From the NCBI RefSeq assembly GCF_964355755.1, contig NC_092678.1, positions 11,654,352 to 11,718,351 on the forward strand: 64,000 nucleotides of DNA, read 5' to 3'. Shown here piece by piece: positions 12,701 through 27,700 of this stretch (the first letter of the stretch is position 1; every line of letters starts with the position of its first letter). The notes under the pieces were generated by a model. It was not told the origin of the DNA. It saw only the letters and a list, made by a program, of their open reading frames with translations, and did not search any database. The DNA is from Antedon mediterranea (Eukaryota > Animalia > Echinodermata). The position numbers and the translations under genes were made by a program.

Positions 12701-15700
12701 TAGTAGTTTTTTAAAATACTGTAGTTTATTTAACTGGTACAGTAGGGTGAATATAGCTTAATAATGCTGGAATGCTAGTATATTTTGAATGAGGTTGGCA
12801 GATGGGGTATTTGTATTTCTGTCTTTTTAACATAGGCACCATTATGAGTTATCTATCTTTACTGACTACCCATAATGGCTACCCATACAAAAGAAATAAA
12901 GACGGCAAAAAACACTTTATATTAACATAAAAGTGTCTAGAGCTTTGAAAGTTGGAACAATTAGTAATAATTTAAAGACTTGTATGATTGCAGCTGAATT
13001 GAAGTCACCAAGATTTCTTCAAGTTCCTTTGGGCCATTTACTAATCATCTCATCAGCTAATACATATTCTACACATTGTACATATGATCAATTATATTAC
13101 AACCCAGCAAATGACAACTCTTATTTCAAACAAAAATTTTGCTCTGCTTTCATCTTCTATTAATCCATTCACTAATATTACCTGCAGTTACAACATTTAT
13201 GCAATCAGAAAATAACCAGGGTAAATAATCTTAAAATGTATGTATATAGTCCTAAATTTTAATATGCATTCACCAAAAAAGGCACACAATTATGATTCAA
13301 TATTTTGATGATAAACAAATAAAAAATTGATTTAAACTTTGGTCGCTGTATAACAAATTTAGATTGGGATACAGTGTATGGTGCAAACGATGTTTAAACA
13401 ATTAAAGCCAATGCCTTTTATAAAATTTTTTCCTCTGGTATAAACAAGTTCTTCTAGTAAAACTACACCCAAATAGTAAGTGTTAGATGACAGATCGTAT
13501 AAAATACCTAATACTACGATGACAAACAGTGTTTACTAGTGGCAATAAAGTCCTGAGGACAAAATTACGCAACACAATTTACGATAAAAGATATCATTAT
13601 CGAAATCCTGACGAGATTCCACAAAAAATATTAAAGAAGTTCGCATGCGAAATAAATGGTCCTTAGTGTGACATAATCAATTAAAGCTGGAAAGATTCCA
13701 GCAGAATGGAAATGAGCAAACGTAATCCCATTGCCAAAGAAAACCCCATCTACAAATACTGCTCTTCGTCTCATATCTCTCACCCCAACATTGGCCAAAG
13801 TAGCGGAACATTTAATAGCTAATCAACTTTTACCATCTATTCACGCTAATTTTGACAAAGATAACTAGAAAGGCAAGTCAACTACCCACTGTCTCATCGA
13901 TGTTTACCATCAAATTGTGTCAAATGCTGAGAAGTCTGGCAGTATCAGTGGTACTGACTGATTTCTCAAAGACATTTGACTCAATTGATCACAGCGTTTT
14001 ACCATCTTCAAAACATCGGTGTATCCTCAACGATTCTTCAGTGGGTGGTCAACTTTCTGACCAATAGACAACAGAGCGTTTGGTACAAAGATACCTTCTC
14101 CGAGTGGACGTTACTATCTACAAGGTACTATGCTTGCGTTATCAATGATGTTTTTGCCAGATGTAATCTAAAAATTAATATCTGGAAATATGTATCACCT
14201 ACAGTAACTCTGGGTGAGAGCAATTTTACTAGAAATCCCAGTAGGCTTTAAGTATCTCTTGATGAGTTAGAATCATAGTACTACAAATAAACTGAAACTC
14301 AATCCTAGCAAATGCCAAGCAAAGCAAATATATTTTGGTAAAAACACAATTGCACCTCCTATACTAATTACTAAGTATATTAAGTGACAATGCTTTCAAT
14401 GTTGTTAACTGTGTCAAATTATTAGGAGTGAATTTACAACCTAAAATGGAATGTCCATGTTAACGAATTAATTTGCAAATCAAATCAAAAAATGATCCGT
14501 AAGGTCTAAATCGTCAAGAAATGACTACCATATACAAGTCGTATCTTCGGCTCACTATGGGATATTCATGTTCGGTATGGAACGCTGGACTAACACGTGA
14601 TCACCTTATAAGATTAGAACGTGTCCAAAAGAGTTTATGCAAAATTATCTTGGGAAAAGAATACTGTTAATTATGTAAATGCCTTTTTCACACTCCAACT
14701 TCAATCTCTTGAAGATAGAGAACTTTGTTTAAATTTTTTTCAAGCGGACCTATATATCTTTAATTCAATATATCTTTAATATTTCCATGATAAACAAATA
14801 AAGTTTGAAATATTGAATTTCATTTATATTAACATAGTTAATTACACTTGTAAGCCAGTTTTGTTGTAGCCTAATGCTTGCTAAATATAAAACCTGTTCA
14901 TTGGGCTGGGGTAGGAAGACTTCACTTTCATAGTACATTTTCCTTATTGAATCTATCTGAGAATTTCCATGTTATTGATACACCATAATGCAACATTGAA
15001 GAGCGATATATAATATTTTATACAATTGACCACAGTATCATAATTCCAATAATTCTCTACAGAATGGTAAATATTTGGAATTAGTTTTCATACAAAATGA
15101 TAAAAATCAAGATCCACTGAGACACTAAACTATTCATGGCTTTCAACACATTTTTAAAATTTGTAATATAAAATTGATGAAATGTCTTTCCTAGAAAAAG
15201 AATATAAAAAAGTATTTAGAAGTAGAATATAAAATTACTAAGTTTTTAAAAGTATTAAATTACATTATTAAAATAATTGCAAATGTAGTTATGAATATAT
15301 TGCATAATTATTGACACAAATAAAATGTTAATGTTTATTATTATTAAGATGTTGAATCTGAAATGTTCTTTGTATTTCCAGTCACTACAACATAAGTTAT
15401 TTGACATTCACAACCAAAGACTTCTGGGCAAAAAATATAAAATATGAATATATACTTTAATTCAAATTAGTTTTGAAAATTAATGATAACTTTAATTTGT
15501 ATATTCTTGTGAAACAGTTCAAAATGTTACCGTACTTAAAGAATGATTAATATAATATTTAAAATAAATTCTATTTCATTAGAAATTCAATCTGTTTTCG
15601 ATTTCAACTAATCTCTATGCAGAAATTAATAGATAAAATGTTGAATACAAAATAGACATTATGAGTGCAGCTTTAGCCCGCGCCTCAACTACTTTATTGA

Positions 15701-18700
15701 ATTAGTTGAACGAGTTTAATTCAGTCATTCCTCTTGGGAAATACATGTTATATATTAGTGTATCAATTGGTTAATATCCATGTTAATTGCTGATAATTAT
15801 TATACTGTGAATCATGGCACAAAGATTCATCAAAAATAATTCAAATTTCAAAAGATAATAGGTCAACTTTATTGTTAGCAATGGCAGTATTGAAACCAGC
15901 TGTTTCATTAGTATTTATACAGCGAATTTAAAATTTAATATAAAAATCAATACAAATTAATTCCCTGCAGTAAACTCTGCATTATAAAAGGTTATGGTAA
16001 TTAACAACGTATAATTAATACATTTTTGCATTATTGCAAATGAATTTATTTCTTGCCAAGTATTTTAATAAAAACGCCACAATCAAAGACATGGGAAGAA
16101 TACATCTACCGGTACATACTTTTTCGTCATATACTTCATAACTGAGATAAAGTTCAAAGAGATTGGAAACAATCATAGCTAATATGCAGGATTTGACAAG
16201 GGGTTTTCAGGCCTAGGATCCAGGGGCCTGCTTAAAAAGGGTCCCAAGGAGTCAAATGCCTATAATAGGCCTACATATTATGTATTTACAATATAAACAT
16301 TTGTTGAGGAAAAAATATTAACCGCCTATTTAGCAATTGTCAGTTCTTTTTGATCTCCAATGTTTTTAGCTCTTAGATAGCTCTTTGTTATGCAAATTGT
16401 GTTTACTAGGAAGTGTAGACGATGGTTCTCGCCCTCCGATCCGAAAATAAACCAAAAACTAAAATGGCTATATAGCCACTAACGGCCAACTTAGTTGAAA
16501 CCAGGAAGTTGCAAGGTGAACATGTGAACTTATCGTGAACCCGGAAATTACTTCAACCCGCGTATAATTGAAATTGAAGTGAAAATATACTGATGAAATC
16601 ATAAATTTTGTTAAAAAACTCTTTACAATATCTTCCTAAGATAGATATATGGAACAATAGCGTAGTACTGAACACTAATGTTATCAAATCTACGTTTCGC
16701 GGTACATCTAAGATAGAAAAGGTAGGTATCCAAGGCGGAGATTTGTACCGAAGTTTTTGCATTGTGCTTGCCTATTAATTAATTAACCATAATTTATATA
16801 TAGATTGTAAAAGAAGTGTCTGTGTTGTGTCCCAGCAGACAGGAAGGTGTTCCTAGTTTAAATTTAATAATTGGTTTGTACTTTAGAGAATGCGGATTAA
16901 TACTAATACTTATGGGAAAGGGTGTGTATATTTCAATTTACTAAGATCATTATGATGCACATACTATAGTCACGGATTTGAAGGCATGTATAATCATATT
17001 CAGTGGTAAACCAGAATGCCAATTACTTGCCTAGGTATCATAATAGCAGGCCCGTAGCTAGCACACTAATATAAACAGCACAGGTTAGTTTTAAATAGTT
17101 TCAGAAGAATGTCCAATCTAAAATAGTCTTTTTTTTATTCAATGGGAGAAATTAACAACGTACAATAAAATAATAAGTGGAACCAATCAACAATCTTCAA
17201 GAATTAAAATGATTGACTGTCTAAATTAATTTTATTCATGATTAGGGGCATGGGGAATATTGCAAAATTAACCACCTCAATCTCAAATTCAAATTTCAAG
17301 GGACACGATTCATGATTTTTCACTTGCTGTCATTATGACAACATTTTAAAATTAAACTTTCAGAAGACTATAATGTTGTTACAAGTCATTCAAAGAACAT
17401 GTGATTGCAGCAACAACAATTTCAAATCCAATTTTCAATTTCAAAGAATTGAAAAAAATAATTATCAATACCAAATGGAATATTAACAATTTCTAAATAG
17501 AAATGTTATTCTTTATTTTATGAGCTGGTATTATGTAATAAGTATAGTTTTCACTGAATCAAGATGAAAACTAAAAAGCCAATCTGAGAGTGCATACCTC
17601 CGCCTACTGTAAAATTCTTCTATACCGGAAAGTGTGTGTCTTAATGCTGTGTGTGATTGAGGCTAATTTCACTACAAACATGTGCATGCGAGTTTGGTGT
17701 AAAGGTTATGTAAACCTGCCTTTCAACTAACAATAGCTTCAACCAACAAACAATAGAACAGAAACGCGAAAAACTTGTACATTAAATCTAATTATGGTTT
17801 AAAATTACAAATCACAAAATATAATTCTTGCCTCTTGTACAAAAATGAAGTTTTTTGGACAAGTAGTTCTCGAGAAAATACAATTTTAGTTTACTCCTGC
17901 TTTAAGATTGCTCACCGGCTTTTGAAATTTCTGTCCTATCTTTTAACACTAGCAAGTCTGAAAATAATTTTAAAAAGTGGTCCAGAATTGGGACCGTTGT
18001 CCAGATTGCCTCCAAAATTTAATGGAATGGTCCTTGACCACATATCTATCTGTATTTTCATTTTGGGAAAGATTTTCTACTAAACTACTTTTTGAGTAAT
18101 CCTGCTAACAAACAAACACACGCGATCGATTAAATATACCTCCTTGGCGGTAAATTAATAGTTCCTCAGACATACTCAGGGGAGGATTCAGGATTGTAGA
18201 GAGTCTACACCAACTCAGCCCCATGGTTAGGCCAGACTCAGCCCCATGGTTAGGCCAGACTCAGCCCCGTGGTTAGGCCAGACTCAGCCCCATGGTTAGG
18301 CCAGACTCAGCCCCATGGTTAGGCCAGACTCAGCCACATGGTTAGGCCAGACTCAGCCACATGGTTAGGCCAGACTCAGCCCCATGGTTAGGCCAGACTC
18401 AGCCCCATGGTTAGGCCAGACTCAGCCCCATGGTTAGGCCAGACTCAGCCCCATGGTTAGACCAGAGTTGAGGCGAAAATATGACAATTCTAATGGTCAG
18501 AAATAGCACTCTTACATTATTATAAATGTATTAACAATTGAATTGATTAAATTTGAAACTGAGGTACTGGCCTATTAAAAGGTGACATTTTCCCTTATAT
18601 TTTGAGGATTTATTTTTAAAGGCAACAGAAATAGGAATTTTAAATACTGTAAGGCCCAAAATTTTCTTTGCAAAATTTGCTACACACCACAAGCTAGGCG

Positions 18701-21700
18701 TACGCATAATTACTTTATGGACACATTACAACTCATTATGTGATTTAATGGACAAAGGATTCATCAAGCAAGTACACTATACATTTCATAACAAATTACC
18801 AAAGCAATGTTGTAAGCTTTTTTATTCCAATTTGAACATTATTTTAGCGATCAATCCTCCAACGGCGCCACATGTGCCAATCGCTGTCAATCCTCCCACG
18901 GCGCCACATGTGCCAATCGCTGTCAGGAGAAATGTTATCATTGAGGTAGGCAGCGCAGGCTAAGTAGGCCCAGGTTAGCTAGCATTTTCGGTTGCAATTT
19001 ATTTTAATGTTTGAATTACACCTGAACAAACAATATAAATAATAATCAGGGTTCGTAAATGTTTCAAAGAATACACAATTAGACGTTTATAGTAACTATT
19101 TTATTTTGACTTTTTCCATATTTAGGCTTGACCTGGCTAACTGTAGGCCTGATCAACTGTAAACATTGTTGGGAATTTTGCGATTTTCGCGCACCCTTTA
19201 ATTTCATGATCATTGGGTAATAAAAGGGTCACAAAAATGTTGGCCCTTTACAGTAAACAACACACAGAGACTAGGCCTAGACTTAGATGTTAACACTTTC
19301 ATTTTATTCACATTTCTTTCATTTCTGAAATTTAAAAATAATACTGTATCATCTTGTTGATAATATTTTACATTGATAATAATACACAAATGAGAAATAA
19401 AGTTAAGAAAAGATCATTTTGTTTACCCAGATTGGACTGGGGGCTACCAAAACGGATACTGACATCCACATTTTGTTGACCCAGAATAGACCGGTTCCCA
19501 CATGATAGGACAAAACCTTGTTGGCGTTAATCAAAGCTACGTGCGCCAAATTTGTTGGCCATGGATAAACTCTGGCTAATTTGCCGCAGGGATACGATTG
19601 ACCGATGACACCGCATTAATGTACTTATCAGTTTAGCCGCCATCAAGTAAAAAGTACCCTTTTTTTGGCTCAAGGTGAACTTTGGATCCGACTCTGAAAA
19701 CTGTTTCAGCTGAGCAAGTAATGGATATAAACAAGGTACAACATTTTTTGGTAGTAGAAATATTATGGCTCAAAATAACAGCGTATTGATCCAATATTGG
19801 AATGCAATTTAATCGGTAGATACAATGAAAAACTAGATTTAATTCGTCACTATGACGAATTATAGGTTATATGCATTGATTTAAATAAAGATAATTTTTA
19901 AAAGATATATTGATTTCTCAGAATCTTTAATTATTTTAATATATTATAGGATCTTGCTAACGGGAATACAATAGCCGGTATCACAATCCGATCAAAGATT
20001 CCTCTGCGTATGATGTCATAAACCACATTTGTTGTTACATAAGTAATAAAGACATTACTTACTTTTTATATAGATTTCATTATAAATTATGTGTATAATC
20101 TATACACTAAAAAATAAAATTGAACAAACAATATGGATAATAAAAAAAAATCTTATTTCGTTTCCCAAAGTGAGCCTCGATCTCGGTACCTTGAGTGCCA
20201 TAGACACGAGCACAGACCACCGAGCCATACATAACTGACTAAAAGTTGTAGAAAGATTCCTCCGTGTATTTACTATGCAGTAACCACTTTGGTGCAAATA
20301 GATTATTACATACCGCAATGAATTATAATTTTTTACAATGATGACATCTTTAAAAATTAAAAAAAATGATGCACTGTCAAACTATATACTTTTAACTTTA
20401 ATATATGAACTTCTTAAGGAAGAAAGTTAATGTTAAGTTTGTTATTTTGGCCTAAGAAAATGTCATAATTTGTTTGATTGTGGAAATTAATTTTTTTAAA
20501 TTTAATATGCAATTAATGATGACTTTTAATTTCATAATAAATCATACATATGATACATACACTTCAAGAAAATGAAATAAAAAATAGGTGTTCCCAAGCA
20601 CTCTGACGATATATATTAATTCTAAAATTTAGCATATTTTCACCATTTTGTTAACTTGCATGTGCGTAGCCTGTCACTTTTGACGTGCTCGTATAACGCA
20701 ATTTAGTGTTGAAAAGTGAATAAAATATGATGATATTATTAAAGAAAAGGTTATACAACAGTAATCGGACAAAAATAGTGCGCATTAATGTTTAACGCTA
20801 AAAATGCAAAAATCTGCGCACTCATGGCAATTTTTAAACGCTTAAAATTGCCTGAAACGTACTTTAATTTCATCGAAAATAAATTTTGAAAATTTCAAGC
20901 GCGCGTACGCATGCGTTATATGCGCTACGCACATAATTGTATTGCCATGTGGTGAAATATGACCTGAAATTTATGAGTACCAAATTTTGTTTAATTGTGA
21001 TTCATGCTTGTGAAGATATGATTACAAACGTGATTTCGTAAAATCGCGCGTAATTTTTGATTGCGCACCGTGAAAACATAACAACATCGATTCCTGGACA
21101 TAAGGAATATACTCTGAAAAATTGACTTAGCTAGATGAAACTGATGCCAAGATAATTCACGGACAAAATAGTGCTAAGGAAAGAATAAATAAATAAATAA
21201 AGATCCTGACTGAATCAAGGTTATATGCATTAATGCATATAACCTAATAACCAGTTATTTGATTTACCATTGAAATGTGCGGCTAGTTTAACGTCTAGAC
21301 AATTTAACCTACGTAAAGAATGTTCACTTTGTATTCATCTTTTAAATTATTATATACACAAAAAAAATAATCATTGTTCAACCCTCAAAAAATTGTTTTG
21401 TGGCCCAGAATTTTGTCCTAAATCGTCACCATATAACAGGGTCATTGACATGTTATGTGTAAGAATGTAAATTTTTCTACTCTATAGGCCTACTTGTGTT
21501 TAGTAACCAGCAACATAAATACAGTAGTAAAAAGCACTGTTAACACAAATGTATTCCCTTCCCTGATCCGCTGTATTTTGCTGCATTTTTACATATTTAA
21601 AAACAAATTTATTTGATTATAAATGTTACCATATTACACCCAAAAAGATAAACACCTCCCTAACACCCCTCCCCAACACCCCTCCCGATCAATAAACGCC

Positions 21701-24700
21701 ATGGTGTGTATATTCAAATAAAATTCTTACAGCAAATTAAATCTATTCAGTATTGCGTAATAGTAATAATGCTTTTAAAAAATACAATTTTTAATTAGTC
21801 TAATAGTGTTCAAATTTAATTTATATTGTTTAAATATTACCTTGAATCATATTACCATGGTTACAATACAAAGTTCAAAATGTAAGAATCAGGTTTAATG
21901 AAGCATAAATTACGCAGAAAGATGACTAAAATATTGTAGTCATTCTGTAATTAATTATTTTTCCATATTAATGGCCATAGTAGTTGCAATTAATAATAAT
22001 AAAAACAGGAATATACAGTATAGGCTAAGATTTGAAACATACTAACATACTAACCAAATAACTAACAGAACATGTCCACAGAAACAGCAATGTAACTAAA
22101 ATATAATAAGAATACTGTCAGAAGAAGTAATGTGCAAGTTTTTTTACATTATATGTAAATTAAAAGTGTTTAAATAGATTTGTAGCTGATTTATAACTCA
22201 TATTTGTATTACTGTATACTCTACTGAATAAAGTAATTACAGTTGACTATGATGAATAATTGTATATTAATATATAGTAAAGTTTGCATCAGGGGAGTTA
22301 AGTTGATTAACTAGATTTTTCTCCACAATTCTAGTGTAATTGTACCGGATACTCTGTGCATTTCACAATACTTTTGAATACATTTATACATTGCTTTTGT
22401 TTTCAGGTGGGACAAAAAAACAATTTACTAAAATATTTATGTTGTATAAATGACTTGTTCACAAAAACATAATGTGTTTTTGCACGTCTAAGGAGCCCTA
22501 CAAGGCATTTGAACAGTACTTTACCTACTTACTATAGAACGATGGCCAATACCACTTTTTTAATAGGCCAAATAATTAAAATATATGTAATTATTATAAT
22601 AATTTTTAAAAGTTGTGGCCATCATGTACCTTTAAAGTTGATAATTAGATAAGGTACACCATGGCTTTCTGATAGCATACTGTATAACCCCAAGAATAAT
22701 TAGTTATCCGCTTGGTATACCAAGCGGATAACTCCTTGTTATTGTATGAGATCAACATTTTTGGTTATCCGCAACTTAGTTGCAGGATAACCCATGTGAT
22801 TGTAAATATCTTTTTTTTTCATCATCTTTGTTCTTCTTTCTTTCCCTGATTTTTGTGAGCAGCATATCCCCTATTGCTTGTAAATATATCTTTTGTATAA
22901 CTTTGTCATTATATGGACATTTATCTGAAGTTGTGCACCTCCATATTTTGAAAGACGTCAGAGTTGCGCAACGTGACTTACGCGCGATTTTATGAATTTC
23001 AATGATTGATCATAGGATAAAAAATGAAAGTCATTTTGTATTGACATTTGGTGAATATTTAAGTCATATCAAAGGCAAACTTTCTATGGATTAAAAATGG
23101 CATGTTTTACAAGAAGTTACGCGCGCACGCGCATTTAAAGTTTCAAAATGCGCAAAATTAATTTCTAATCAACTTTCTGCGCTGATCATGACATTTTAAG
23201 CATTTCAAAAATTCTCGCGCGTGCGAAAAATGTTACGCGTAAGATGCGCACGGAGCATGAAAATCATGTTTTTTGCTCTTGAATTATGATTTTCCAGCCT
23301 TTCCTAGTCATTTTAAAAAAGATTGACATCATTTCAAATTAAAATGACGTCATACGAACACGTTGATTTATACCATTTGCGCGCATTTTAGTTGCAAAAG
23401 TGACAACATATTGTCAAAATTATGCCTATTTTTAATCTATTATAGCTCCTCAGGATCAACCGTTACCCCCAATTTTTATAATTTAATATGTAAGCAGATA
23501 TGTTGTAGATATGAATTCATGCAGAATCTTTACCCCTCGGATGTTATGACGTCATCGTATGGCCACACAAATGTAAAATATTGGATTTTTGACTGGTTCG
23601 TTATTGCTCATTACATTAAATAGAGCGCATATCGCTTATACGTATTCCATTTTCCCCGAAATTGTAATATTGTCTACGTCAATCAACTATCTTTCGCATG
23701 AATTAAAAATATTTTAATTTTTATGACGTCATCATGTCTAAAAACGTAAATAACTTGGGTCACTTATTTTCATCTTTACAGTAAATTTCAATCTGTTATA
23801 GCTCGTCAGATTAAAAAGTGATTATCACGATTAAAACGTTTTCTGGAAGCTATTGGATTGTAGATACGAATTGATGTGAATATTTTGCCAATCAGATGTT
23901 GTGAGTCATCATATGGCCAGTTGAATTCAAAAAGTCATATTTTCATCTCTTGCGTCAAAGTTCATTGCGTTTAAACGAGAGCGCATCTCACTTTTACGTT
24001 CCCAAAATTCTTAAAATTTGTTTTAATGTAATTATTTAGATAATTATCTTCTAACATTGTTATCTTTATATGTCAATTTGATGATGTCATCGTGTTAATA
24101 ATAGGATTTAAAAGATGGGTCTCGTAATTTCATCTATGCTACACTGTATATAACATATATACAGTTTATTCTGTAAAATACTGTAATATGGTGTATGCTA
24201 CATAATAGGTACAATTCAGCACTGTAAACATATTTATTTCATGTCAAAGGATGGCATAATAATTGTCGAGGTTCATATAGTTTAAAGTATGTGCATGTTG
24301 CGTATGCGCGGATAACCCGAACTCGTCAAAGTGACGAGTTCAAATCTAGTTTTTCTGTATTATTCTTCTTTCCATCCTTCCTTTTTGTGGATCGCGTTTC
24401 TCTAAAATGTGTAAACATAACATTTCATAACTTTGACAACATATGGGCATTTACGTGAAGTTGTGCACCTCCTATTTTTGAATGACGTCATAGTTGCGCA
24501 ACGTGACTTACGCGCAATTTTATGAATTTCAATGATTGATCATAGATTAAAAACCAAAAGTCATTTAGTATTGACACTTTGACAAAATTTAAGTCATATC
24601 AGGGGCAAACTTTCTACGGATTAGAAATGGCATGTTTCACAAGAAGTTACGCACGCACGCGCATTTAAAATTTCAAAATGCGCAAAATTAATTTCTAATC

Positions 24701-27700
24701 AACTTTTTATGCGTTTCTTGTCATTTTGAGCATGTCAAAAATTCCCACGGGCGCGCAATTTTTTACGCACGCGGTGCGCACGTAGCGTTAAAAACATTTT
24801 TTTTTTCTTGAATTATATTTTTCAAGTCTTTCCTAGTAATTTTGAAAACAATTTAGACCTTTTCCAATTTAAATAACGCCACACGAACACGTTGAATTAA
24901 ACATTTCATGCGCGTTTTTTATGAAAAAGCTTAAAAAATCGTCAAAATTTTGTCTTTTTTTAAACAGTCATAGTTTCTAAAGTAAACCGTGAACCGTTTA
25001 TTTTTATTACAAAATCTAGAAGTTGATGAGTTGTAGATATCGGATCATGCATCGATAAGGCTAAAAAAACATTGTGACGTCATCGTATGGCCACACGAAT
25101 GTAAAATATAGGATTTTTGTCTCTTTCGTTATTGCTCATCACATTCAATGGAGCGCATCACGCTTATCTGTTTTCCTTTTTCTCCTACATTTATACATTG
25201 TGTAGGTCAATCAACTTTCTTTAGCATGAGATAAAAATATTTTAATTTTTATGACGTCATCATGCCTAAAAATTTTAATTACGTGGGTCATTAATTTCAT
25301 CTTTACAGTAAATTTTATTCTGTAATAGCTCGTAAGAATAAAATGTGATAATCACGATTAAAACGTTTTCTGGAAGCAATTGGATTGTAGATACGAATTC
25401 ATGTAAACATTTTGCCAATCGGATGTTGTGACGTCATCATATGGCCAGTTGAATAAAAAAAGTTGTATTTTTATATTTTGCGTAATAGTTCATCACATTT
25501 AAAAGGGTGCGCATCTATATTTTACGTATTCAAATTTCTTCTACACGTTAATATGTTGTTCCTAAGATAATTTCCTTCTGAAATTGCTATCTAAGTGTTT
25601 CATTTTGATACCGTCGCCATGTTAAAAATTGGAATAAATGGCGGGTCCCGTAATTTCACCTATTCTACACTGTATGTAATATGTATACAGATTATACTGT
25701 TTGCATGTATATACTATATGACACAAAATTGACAGAATTCAGCACTAACAGCATATCATATTCTTCAGTTCTTGTCATAATGCCATAATCTTTATCTGTG
25801 TGCAATATTCCAACGTATGACGTGCACGTGGCGTTTGTCGTGGTGCGGATAACTAACTCGTCAAAGTGACGAGTTTCATGTCTAGTTAGCAATTGGTTTA
25901 CAATTTTAATTGTGTTGTATTTTAACTGTATTTTTTCACTATCAATATTAATTGTGTTGTATTTTAACTGTATTTATCACTATCAATATTAATTGTGTTG
26001 TATTTTTTTTAAATCTAAGGGGTATTTATTTGATTATACATGTTACCATATTACACCCACAAAAATAAACACCTTTTTCGAATAAACGCCCTCTAAAAAC
26101 ACTTCTTAGCAATAAACGCCCCGGGCGTTTATTCGAATGAATACAGTATTGTATTCTTCTTCAAAAGCTAAAGGTTTTATTTATATTGACTAGGAATAAA
26201 ATGGCTATAGCATTTACAACAATTTATATTAAATATGTATTTTTGTCAATTACTTTGAGATGATTCCTTAGAAAGAATTTTAAATAATTGTTTCCAATAA
26301 ATCAATATACATAATATCTAATTGTAAAATAGTATGTAAATTTGGGTGTTTAATCAATATTGAATAATTATTATATGGAGTCTATCTCAGAATCATAGTA
26401 TTTAAATGTATATGTATGGCACAGTATATTGAAATTATTACTCAGAATTATAACCACTTCTGTTTTTTTTATTTTTCTTCTTCTTAAGCTTCTGTTGCCA
26501 GAAAAACAACAAATTTGCAATATGAGGTTTCAAAAATAGATTGCTTTAATAATCTGATTAATAAAAAATATATATTGTACATAAAACAAAACGATTTGAG
26601 TAAATTTTCAGGCCATTTTAAGCATTTAAAATGTCTTTGAATTAGTTTGCGTCACATTTCCATTTTTTAGCACATACCATTAAAGACACTATACCTGCAA
26701 TGTTTCACGTCACGTAAAATAATGCATAGAACTTTAAAAACACTAAACCAGGTCATTTCTTGTCTTAAATGTGCATTTTATAAGTTAAAAAAGACATTAG
26801 ATTTTTACCTAATTTAAGGTCAAACACTACATTTTATGTAAAAATAAATATTATTTGATCTATATGGACCTATTGCGATAATTGTTTTCGTCTTTAAACA
26901 GTTAAAAGTGTGAATAATAAGTCAATTCTAATAATTTAAGCAACGTGTTTGAGGGCGGCCCAATTGTTAAGTAATGGTACAGTTACACTGATATTGCTAA
27001 ACTGTGCAAACCTCACGCAAACCCCCTTCAAACCAATTAATATTGATTAGATCACTAGACTATAAAAGGAGACAATTTATGAAAAATTTGTGAAAAATAT
27101 TATTTTTTGAGAAAATTTTAGATAGCAAACAACTTGATATTGATTATAACATAATTAGAACTATAAAAGAAGACAATATATGAATGTTTTTCTGCTATTT
27201 TGACATTTTTTGGATGAAGAAATTGACAGATTTCACAGTATAACCTGTGCAAACTAGATAGCAGTTAACCTAAAAAACCCTTGATCAACATGCATTATCG
27301 CCTTATTTTCAAATATAAGGCTGCATCATAAACAACCAGTCTTCATAATGTAATTTTGTCAATATTTTTTGTGACTCTAATATTAACCCCATGGGTTACT
27401 ATTAGAGTGTGGGTTATTATTATAGATTGACTTATAAGATGGTGGGTGGGTTACTATTAGAAGGTGGGTTACTATTAGAAGGTGGGTTACTATTAGAGGG
27501 TGGGTTACTATTAGAAGGTGGGTTACTATTAGAAGGTGGGTTACTATTAGAGGGTGGGTTACTATTAGAGTAGTGGGTTACTATTAGAAGGTGGGTTACT
27601 ATTATAGTGTGGGTTACTATTAGAAGATTTACGGTATTTTATAAGTTTAAAAAATAGGGGGCACCAGCCATCCTGGAGAGCTATAATCGATTGAATATAG

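Noticed and set aside
19420-19740. GC-richer block after an acceptor-like TTTACCCAG, a possible antisense exon
   Set aside because: All three plus-strand frames stop early, and I recognise no protein motif.
20100-20318. 72-aa ORF duplicated at 29931-30149, a possible captured gene
   Set aside because: It starts at TTG, has no recognisable motif, and is conserved only because A1 and A2 are recent copies.
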